Positions 52,529-62,711 of a DNA stretch of 62,711 nucleotides are shown piece after piece; within the stretch, counting starts at the first letter, position 1, and each line of letters opens with the position of its first letter. The DNA lies in NCBI GenBank assembly GCA_001642005.1, contig LWCA01000068.1, positions 1 to 62,711 on the forward strand. Direction: 5' to 3'. The position numbers and the translations under genes are program-made. The notes beneath the pieces were generated by a model. That model was not told the DNA's origin. It saw nothing but the letters and a program-made list of their open reading frames with translations, and ran no database searches. The stretch comes from Intoshia linei. Taxonomy: Eukaryota > Animalia > Orthonectida.

Positions 52529-55500
52529 ATGGAAAAAATACGAAATTTTCAATGTACTGTCTGTTTGGTATATTTTGATGATCAACTCAGCCATAAAAGT
52601 CATTACAAGACACAATGGCACACATTCAATTTAATGCGGAAACAAATAGATAAAAGTCCTATTCGACTTGATCAATATGATGAGTTGATCAAATTGCAGG
52701 TATTTTTATATTTTTTTTATATAATAGATTTAAACTGAAAATGTGGGTCACTTTAGAAAATAATCAAATAATATGGTATAATAAATTTATGGAATTGTGT
52801 TGAAAAAAATTATAAGTTTTTATATACTTGGGTAACCATTTTAATTTTTAATATTTTAATTTTACTCATTTTGTTTATTTATCAATTTAGAATGACAGTT
52901 CTGAAACCAAAGAAAAAATTCCTTGCATAATTTGCAACAAAAGATTCGAAAATATAAAATCTTTTAATAATCATGTTAAATCTAAAAAACATTTGTCATT
53001 AGGGAAAATTTTTAAAGCCAGAAAGGTAGATGTTGACTCCAATTCTGTATCTTTGAAAAAGGATGGTAATGTATTTCTTGATATGCTTATAGTGAATTAC
53101 GTTGATTTGATAGATTGAATATTTTTTGGCCTAAAATTTATTTGCCCAATAGAGTTGTATTATTCATTTATAAAAAAATCCTAGGCTTTTATATTTATTG
53201 TAAATTTTAAAACTTAGACAGATATTATGACACAGTTCAAGTGATGTTCTATTATTCTATTTTACGGATATAGTGTTAAAAGCTAAGGGAAATCAGGGGA
53301 TATTCAGAGACACTCAATGCAATGTTCCATACTATATACAAACTTTTCTGTTACTGTTTAATAATGTTAAAACTTATTTTCCACGCATTTTCAATTATAG
53401 AACAATGTCATAAAAATGAATGTAGAATTGTTATTTTAAAGGTGTTTTCATCGACCCTTGTATATACGGGTGGACCTGGTTGTCCTTGATAAATTCTTTT
53501 ATTATTTAATTTCAACTTTAGATGTAGAAACTGGAAAAACATGTCTGTTTTGTACTTTGAATTTTTCTAGTAATGATTACATGAGTCATTTAAAGAAACA
53601 TTCTTTTATACCTCCAAATAGTGACCAACTTATCGATCGAGATGGGCTTATAACATTGCTACGTAATTTATTTTATTGAATTTTGGAATTATTAGTTTTG
53701 TTGAATGATGAGATTTATTTTTTATCACATTTAAAAAAGATTTACACAAATCTATACGGAAGGGTAAGAACCTCGGAATATCCACCAGTTTCTCCGTAAA
53801 TTTTTATTTCGTTACAATCTGTAGATCGTGATTCAGTACCAGCGGTTCTTAACCATTTTTAAGTATCGCCTTAAATCAATAATTCATAAATATGCTTTTT
53901 AAGTGAAAAAAATATATACAAGGGAGGAATGAGCTCAACTTACGAGCCAGACAGAACGTACCATGCTTGGGTCATTCTCAAAAATGAAAAACAGTTCCAT
54001 AAAAACATTTTTTCCATTTAACAAAAATTTCCTTGAAGCCCCGAAGAGGGCATCACGTAAGTTTGGTTATGTTAAAGCCAAGTGATTATAGTCATTAACG
54101 TTACTTTATTTGTTAAACTTGAAATTTACTAAATTGATATTGAAAACTGTCAAATTGAAAATAATGAATATTAAATACTTTTAAATATAGGCCACACCTA
54201 ATCGTCAATAAGGTCGTCGGTGGCCCATCCCTACTCTAACTAAAACTATTTGTATTTCTAGGATTTAAAAAAATCACAGCTAATACTGCTTTCATAAGTT
54301 AATAAATTTTTATTTAAAATAAAAAATATTAATAAAAGTAATAAATAGAATTGAAAATTATTTTGTTACAGTTCCTTGGAATGAAATATATAAATTTTAA
54401 ATTAACCGCCTTATTCAATTTTACACGCGTGAGTAGTGTCTTCCAACACTAAACTTTTCCTCTTCTACCCAAATATAATTAAGTACTTTCATAAAAACTT
54501 ACTTTTATCAGGTAAATATTATATTTATATTTAGATGAATTGGTTCATGTGGCCTTCCAATGTATATACTGTTGTAAACTATTTTCAAATTCCGAGGCTG
54601 TAAAAAATCACATGGATAATACTGGACACAAAAATATACCATTTGATACAATTGAAGAATGTGAGGATTCTGTATTTTATCAATTTTATCACAAGTACTA
54701 TTATTTAGTTTAGTCATCATAATGGATCAGTGTCTCTCAACCTTTTTTTCATTGAAGTGAATAGTAAAAAATTTGATGCACATATTATATAATAATAATA
54801 CATATTGTTGAGTGCTATCTAATAGTCTTTACTATACTATAAGATTTTGCAAGGAAAAGCTCCAAATTTTAGAAAATAATTGTTTCGGTATTAACAAAAA
54901 AATATGATGTAACTGAACCATACATGGACAGTGTCCATTTGACACACATACGATTTAATGGTGCGCACCGGTTGAGAAACACTGTAGAAAAAATATCATT
55001 ATGATGCAACAAAGTTTTTTTTAATGGTTGTATGATTATGATACAACTTACAACCATACAACTTGTATGGATTTTCCTTCATTAAAATTTCATCAGCCTT
55101 ATGCTCTGGTTGTATTATTTTTGTGAGATTTTATGTATAAATTACAGTTTTGTCAAAAATATCTACATGATGCTAACCTACACTTCTTAACCTTACGTTC
55201 CTAACGTTAAACTTTATTTACACATTTCTCGAGGGTTCTTATTTTACAGATAGAATATGGGAAACATAAAACATTACAATCTGATTGCAATCAAAATAAT
55301 TATTATTTTTTCATTGAGCTGACTGTCATTAAATGATTTATATTACGTTTATTTTGACACAAATAAAAAATTTTAACAATTACTGATGAAATTTTTTATA
55401 TAAAATGGAGAAAAAAATATTTTTTTGTCGATTTTTAAAATTCTTATTATTTTATAAAAATTTTAACTAAAAACAAAAATAAATGAGGTAGAATTGAATT

Positions 55501-58500
55501 TAAAGATGAAAAGTGAACAACCAAACATGACTATTAACACAAGACCACTCAAAACATAGTTACAATATATCATCGTAACATTCCAGTAAATAAAGTTATA
55601 TTTTAGTTTTTTATGAAATTTTTAAAATGGGAAGCGTCTCGCCAAAAGTCTCCAAAATCTTTTTTTTCAGTGTAGCCATAAAACTGTCATACGCGACTTT
55701 ATCGGTTCCTGCACCATAAAGTTTTCAAAAAACTAATAAAATTGGCACAATTGACATTCCTGATATAGAATGTATTTTTAAACTCATAATTCAGCCGTAA
55801 TCCTGTTTTCGTGTCATGTATATTTTTTATAGAAGTGGCACTGAAATTGTTATATATGGTGAAGAATACGAAGATGAAGTTTTGGATGATGGAACAGATG
55901 AATACAAAATGGTTCTGCCTTCTGGTATATTTTAAATTTATTTAAATCAAGTACAAAAAAAATTTAATATAAATACATACAAACTAGAAACATTACCTAT
56001 AAATTTTTTTTACACAAATTATATATTAGGGAAATATTTTTGAGCAATATTCTAAAATCCATTAATGTCTACGTCTGAATAAATTACCTATAGACAGTTG
56101 AATAATTTGATAAATTTGTATCATTATGGAATTTGGTATGTATTTTTGAAGAATTGCCGGTAATAAGGTAATGCAATAATTCAGTCAAGTTAAACAACAA
56201 TATACAACTAAAATTACATTAGTATTGTCCATAAACCTATTACCATATTGTGATAAACGCAAAAATCATTTGACGTAGAAACATTCTAAAATTTAAATAT
56301 ATAAAAAATAAATCCGGTTAACGAGTGAGATTAGTCAGACAAAAGTTAATAAATATCATGTTTATGGAAAATATATTTCCATACTGTTTTTTATGTTTGT
56401 ACTCTAAATTCCAAAGTATTTTTGTAATATGAATTAACAAATGCAAAATCTTACCCGTAAGTACAAAAACAAATATAAAAACATGGTACAATTAAATTTA
56501 AAATTTTGAACAATTATAATTATTGATAATTATCAAACTTTTGATATTTGTTTTTAATTATATTAAATTGTATACACAGCGTACAATATACACTAGAATT
56601 AATTACTATTGATAGAAAGTAGTATTGACAATAATTAAAATTACCTTGATATGAATTTATTACAAGGTTTTGTCTTTTTGCCAATTTTCAATTCTTTTTC
56701 TATAATTTTTTTTTTTTCATTAAATTGTATATTTGGAGTTTTAGCACTAATATTCAAATTGGACCATTCATTATCAATTTGATGTATTATATTTTTAGTG
56801 TGTGCATTTTTGCGATAAACGGTTTCTTGAACCTAGAAAAAATTAATATATACAAAGCAGATTGTACTCGGATTTGATTGTTTATCGTCCATTGTTCTTT
56901 AATTTTTTCTAAATATTTGTCCCTTTTAAGAAACGTTGAAAATTTATACTAAAATTAAAAATAATTTTTAATATTTCAAAGTTAGTTTACACTGCATTCA
57001 TTAGTTGTCACTCGAATTGCATTGTCAATTTTTAATGTAGCATGAGAGCAAATATCAACAATGTCTTTGAAATGTATCGCTACCTAAATTGCAATTTAAA
57101 ACAATTATAAATCAGATGATTTACATGTTTTTTACGGTAAAATTTGTTGTGGAAAAAAATATGATTATTGGTTAAATAAAATGATCCACAGTATATTCGT
57201 GAATCTTTGATATACCAACAAGAGTAACCTAAAAGGTATTGATTTATAATAGCCTCGTAATAACAAATTACGATTGATAGCATATTCGTTTTCTTCGTGT
57301 TTGGGAAAAAGTTTGCGAAACTTAATTTGTTGTGGTGTATGCAAGGGCTATTTACAAATTAACAAAATTAAAATAAAACTTACCGATACATGATTGAAAT
57401 CAATTTCTTTAAACGATTCATCTTCGTTTTCAATTTTTCTATATTATAATTGTATACCATCATCAAAGTGTAAATTGGGTACAATAGTTTAAAAGAAAAT
57501 TAATATTAGTCAATTTCATTATAAATAGTTTCATAAAACTCAAAATATGAAATAATTTGTTTTTATATAATAATAATAATATAATAGAATAAATTTAAAT
57601 AAAAGTAAACCTCATGGACATTCTCCGGCTGTACCATTTCACCGGTTTGCTTTTTCCAGGTACAAATACAACATTTGAGCCAGAGTCGTAAGAATTAAAA
57701 TTTATTGAATCGAGGGTACTTTTTGATTTCACATGCATTTACAGTTTAATGTTATTTCCAGTTTTAAATTACAATATAAATATTTAACTTGGAAAGTAAA
57801 CATTCACAAAATATTTATTCGAAAAAATTTAAAACAATGCCGAGTCAAAGCACTGGTTTGTGTTTAATGCGACTATTTTTTCGTAATATATTACTGACCT
57901 AATTTTTAATTAATGTCATTCATTTATAAATGTTGTTTTTATGGTGAATTGTTGATGCCTGGCAATAAAATACAATTTACTTATCAAAACGATAGTTACA
58001 TTATAATCCCAGAATAATTCATAAATGCTGGACTAACATTCGCTGGTAGCATTGTCGTTTTGATCAACGTTTATTGTGTACATTTTTATTTTTGGTATCA
58101 GTTTTGTTAAAATTACCATTTCATGAGGTAATTACATGTAAATAACTAGTACCTGTTCAGGTTTGACTTAAATGGGGAATTGTTATTTTGATAAATTTTC
58201 TTAAACATGTACCAATTTTTATCGTCATTTGAAAAATATTACTTATAATTTAGCTAAATCCAATTGCTATAAAGGGTCTACGATTCAGTCATACAGTTTG
58301 ATACATTTAAAATATAATATGGCTCCAAATTTTAGTCATTTAGTGCAGGCATTCTCAACCCTTTTTCGCTGTAGACCCCTAAGATGATAATACAAAAAAC
58401 CTGTAGACCTTCAAAAAAATTAATAATAATGACAATTTTTAATGAATCATCACATTTGGGTGAAACGAATGATGGTCAAAAGACATTTTCTATTTTTGCG

Positions 58501-60711
58501 AGATGATGAACTATTAATGAACCTTTGACGGGTTAAAGTTTTTCAGGTATTTTTTATAGTACATTATTAATTGTTTACTACATATTTTATCAGATCAATA
58601 AAAAGTATATACTATTTATCTTCCCGGTGAAAAATTAATATTATATATCCCTTGGTTGGTGTTTTATAGAATCATGAATATTGACTGATTTTTTGTCCCA
58701 TTTTCAATTTCAAATTTAAAGCTTTTTTTATGACTAGAAACTTGGCTCGGTGATAAATTTTAATAAAATAATTAAATAAAACCGCTGCTAGTAAAATAGA
58801 ACAAATGGTTTCGCAATAACGTTTTGCATTTGTAAATAATTTAATACTAAAGAATTTACTTTTACATTATTTGCACGTTTTATATTAGTATTTCTGAGCC
58901 TTTATGTTACTGAAAATGTCTATAATATGTAATAAATGTACATAGTTTTCATAGACCACCAAAAAAGTGTTGTGGACCCCAAGGGGTCCACATGGAGCCC
59001 GTTGAGAATGGCTGATTTAGTAGACTCGGCTGTTTATTGAATTTTCCAGAAATATAATCTAAATTTTTCTTTTTAGTTCTCTATTTACGAAAAATTTTAT
59101 TATTTAATTTAGTTTCCGTTTTTTGATTAATCCAAAAATTTAAATTGAAACATTTATATCATTAGTATCATATGATTATAGGCAACAATATGCAATGCAA
59201 ATTTTGCAGATTATGCATGTTTCAGAAATTTATTTGAGGGTAGTATTAAAACATTTTGTAATAGCTGCCATTTCAGTTGTAAATTGATTTCAAATTTTTA
59301 TGTTTTTTCTTAAATTGCGTCATCACTTTATTTTATTTTCTATTCCAAGAAAAATTTCTATATAAATTAATAACGTCAGATCTACCAACGGGCGATAAAA
59401 GGGGCTAGTTTTTAAATTATTGTGCGATGTTATAAATATTTTTCGTATGGATGTAAGGATAACACTGAAATAAAAGTTTTGCAAATTTATTCCTAATTCG
59501 ACATACTATTTACATATCAACTTTACCAAATCTCAGTTTAAATGCACTTATTCATTCAATTTCATTAAGTCTTATTTGTAATTTTGAAAATGTGATATTT
59601 TCCATAACATGCGGCATATACATTTAAATCTTCATTAAAAATCACAAAATCATGCAACTCACGAGTCATCGAATTTAATTAATTGTTTTCATATTTTTAC
59701 TTAAAAATATCTTTGGGTTAGAACAGTCTGTTTCCTAATTGTAAATTTATTGATTAGCAGATCAATAAAAAATTTCATTATACAGTCACATTGAAAAATT
59801 TTCATTTTGTATTACGTTAAGTTTAGAGTCTAATCCGTTTTAATCAGTAGTTTTTAAGCCGGCGTTTCCGAACATGCGGGTCGCGAAATATTTGTTTAAA
59901 TTTTAAAACACAATCTATTAATATGTAAATTATTATATACATGCTAAATTTAAATGTCTACAGTGTAGGCCATGGGCAGCAACCTTTTGCATCTCCTGGG
60001 CCACTTTTTGATATAAAAAATTATACGGTCCCCGTTTTTGAAGATTTACACATGAGATAAGCCGCACCTATGATGCAATTACAAAAATTTCTTAACCTTT
60101 TAAATCGGAAGATACTCAAGATATATAAATCATTTAATCGCTTGAAAAAGGCATTATGTCAACATTGTTATTGAAGTTACCTGAACCTACGTAGATTTTG
60201 TCTTTACAAGATATTTAAAAAATATAAATAGAATCGAAATGTAAATGTTTTAATGTTAATCCATTATAAATATTATTTTAGGTTATACTTTGGGACATAG
60301 GAAATTTAAAGTTTATTACAACCAGAAGGCATGTTTAGCTACAGTCGGTTCGGATGGTTGTAAAAAAATGGTCAACAAATCAAGCTGGATTACGAAAAAT
60401 AAACAAGGTATTATTTTGAACATTTGATTAAAATTTACGTTTAATTTAATTATAAGTTAATCATCATTTATAAACTTTTTAATTGAAATTATAAACGATA
60501 AGTCATATTGATTAATACTGATTATATTAATATTTTAACTACAATATGATGTGGTTAGCGAATAATAATGTAATAATAAAATTAATTATTTTTTATAGCT
60601 ATGCATCACCAAAAACAAGAATATCAACATATATCCAAAAGAAATTTACACATTAGCAAACAAACCAACAACCAAAAACACTTTTTCGATCCAAATAGTT
60701 TGTGCCAGTAA
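52529..60711 (+). CDS. ZNF622: Zinc finger protein 622 / Rei1 (pre-60S maturation factor)
   Basis: FQCTVC...HYKTQWHTFNLMRK; CIICNKRF...HVKSKKH; CLFC; CIYC...AVKNHMDNTGH; LPSG|YTLGHRKFKVYYNQ; ends QKHFFDPNSLCQ*. Confidence 0.9.
54728..54984. mobile_element. hAT-like MITE
   Basis: TIR CAGTGTCTCTCAACC / GGTTGAGAAACACTG; no clear TSD. Confidence 0.6.
56000..57738 (-). CDS. GRAM-domain protein (GRAMD2-like) nested antisense in a ZNF622 intron; 3' end approximate
   Basis: Phase-consistent exons MHVKSKS...; FRKLFPKHEENEYAINRYSCWYIKDSRIYCGSFYLTNNHIFF; VAIHFKDIVDI...IDNAIRVTT; YKFSTFLKRDKYLEKIKEQW. Confidence 0.8.
58346..59014. mobile_element. hAT MITE (inverted relative of 928-2121)
   Basis: TIR CAGGCATTCTCAAC / GTTGAGAATGGCTG; TSD atttagtg/atttagta. 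Confidence 0.85.
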
Positions 60712-60769
60712 AACTTGTTTTTTTAAAACCTGTCTCTATATAAACATTTTCAAATAAAATTTAAATTTA

Positions 60770-62408
60770 ATGTTCATTCGTTCCTTTTTATTTAAACGTA
60801 TACTGTACTACAATTCTCAAATGAAATTGGCCACATTTAACGGTACTAAAGGAATAATTGTAGGTGGAACGTTTGACAGGTTTCATAAAGGACATAAATC
60901 ATTGATTGATAAAGCTTGTTCCATAAATAAAGGAACGTTAATGATTGGAATCACTGAAGATGAATTAAACACATGTATAATTAAAATTAAAAATTTGACG
61001 TTATTTCTAGACAAAACTTTGGCTGAATTTATTGAACCGCTAAATGTTCGGATGGCTAATGTTGAGCAATATGTGAAATCCGTTTTAAAAGACGACAGAA
61101 AATTTTTTATTGAACTATTATTGGATAAGTATGGTAATTCCATAAAGTGTGACGAGGCGTACATTATTTGTACCCTTGAAACTAGTCCAACAGTTGATGA
61201 AATAAACGAAATTAGAGAAAAATTGGTTTTTTTTCATATAATTTTTTAAAATATAATTTAGGGTTTAGTAAAATTAGATAAAGTAATGTGTGATGGAATT
61301 AAAATTGGCGACGAAAAGTTTTACTATAGAAAATATCTCAAAAACAACCTGATTAGTTCAACAAATTACAGAATTGACATGCTGGGAACGTTGATATCCA
61401 ATAATAAATACCAATACACGGTTTATCAACTCTGTAGTTTTTAAATTGCATATATTAGGATTTTTATAAGAATGTATATGTTATTGGCTTAACTGGCTCA
61501 ATTGCTAGTGGAAAATCTTCCATTTCCAAATTGATAAGTGAATACGATAGCATAGTTATCGATGCTGATAAAATATGTATTCTGATTTTAAAAGTAATCT
61601 ATTGGTCATATTAGGTCACGAAATTTATAATACAAATGAAATGGTGGTTAAAAAAATTGCTTCAGTATTTGGAGATGATGTAGTCCGGGACGGTCGCGTC
61701 AATCGTTCTAATTTAGGTCTTAGAGTTTTCAAAGACTCTGTAAGGCAAGATCAATTATTACACGAATTTTATTTAGGATGATATGGAAAAATTGACATCT
61801 ATAGTTTGGCCGCCCATGATATTGAAAATAAAGAAACAGATTGAAAGAATTGAAAAGGGTACTTATGGCAATGAAAATTATATATTCTATTTCACCTTTC
61901 ATGTCCGGGAACTTTTGCAGCAATGGGGTTTACTGTATCGTACACCAATTTACTTTTAGTTTTCCATTTTGAATACTTGTTGATTAATTTACAATTTGTT
62001 AAATACAATACTTTGTTATAAAGCATTCTTAGAAAATGACACTGGAAGACGCAAAATTATTATAATTGACGCTGCCATAATTATAGAAGCAAAATGCTAT
62101 AGTTTATGTCACGAAGTTTGGATTTGTTCAATTCCGAAACAAATTGTACATTTTTCTAAAATGTTTTTTTGATCTGTAGGCTTTAGAACGGGTTATGAAA
62201 CGAAATCAACTATCTAAAGTTGAAGCTGAACAGCGTTATGACAGTCAAATGTCACCGTTTGAAAGAAAAAAATTCGCAAATGTTGTATTTTGTACCAAAT
62301 GGGATACTGATTTTACTAAATACCAGGTTTATCATTATTAATTTTTATATTTTGAAGGTTAAGAGAGCTATGAAATTATTATATGAACGGATGAAACAGC
62401 ATGGATAG
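60770..62408 (+). CDS. COASY: Bifunctional CoA synthase (PPAT + dephospho-CoA kinase); start at 60770 or 60821
   Basis: GGTFDRFHKGH (HxGH); LISSTNYR; IGLTGSIASGKSS (P-loop); DADKICHEIY; IVWPP; IIDAAIIIEA; CHEVW. Confidence 0.92.
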
Positions 62409-62499
62409 AACCGTTTACACAATACGTGTAGTATAGTTTATTGTAAAAAATTATGCATGTTAAATGTTATAATCACAATGCCAAAATAAATGTATTCTA

Positions 62500-62711
62500 T
62501 TAATTAATATGTACCAGGCGCGGGTGCGGCCCGATTCGTAGTTTAGTGCGTTTTTGTGCGTTAGGTGGATCATACCCTTTAAAACTTCTTGGCATTTTGC
62601 TTTTACCAACCACTATTAATTTTTGTCTATTAGTTCCATCCATATTAGAAGTGCAAAAAATGGTAATCCTCTCCTTACTACATTTTTTGCCCATTTTCAT
62701 TTTCTTCCTCT
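62500..62711 (-). mobile_element. pogo/Tigger (DDE_1, CENP-B-like) transposase fragment, cut by the window edge
   Basis: GKKCSKERITIFCTSNMDGT...LIVVGKSKMPRSFKG; similarity stops near 62575. Confidence 0.8.

Noticed and set aside
1-62711. tRNA/rRNA genes
   Set aside because: No cloverleaf, T-loop or rRNA-like conserved segments seen.

Overview
Very AT-rich, intron-containing animal nuclear DNA, not prokaryotic. Most introns are tiny (about 31-45 nt), and the few kb-scale introns are filled with DNA transposon debris. This style resembles reduced 'mesozoan' genomes such as orthonectids (inference only). Genes assembled by hand from the sequence, in window order: long-chain acyl-CoA synthetase (-, runs off the left edge); a divergent class A GPCR (+); an unknown multi-exon SAM/BAR-like gene (-); an LCAT/PLA2G15-like gene with an in-frame stop (-); a probable orphan gene (+); CDK10 (-) head-to-head with beta-TrCP (+), their ATGs only 89 bp apart; ankyrin-DHHC palmitoyltransferase (+); a Josephin deubiquitinase (+); a second GPCR with a 4x13-aa repeat in ECL2 (+); REEP (-); ZNF622 (+) hosting a nested antisense GRAM-domain gene; CoA synthase (+) 58 bp after ZNF622; and a pogo/Tigger fragment. 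Mobile DNA includes a multi-copy non-autonomous Helitron family, many hAT MITEs with 8-bp TSDs, Tc1/pogo remnants, and a PGBD3-like piggyBac that carries MER85-type palindromes and apparently has host-style mini-introns in its transposase. No rRNA, tRNA or CRISPR was found. Exon boundaries were read by eye and need RNA-seq confirmation.
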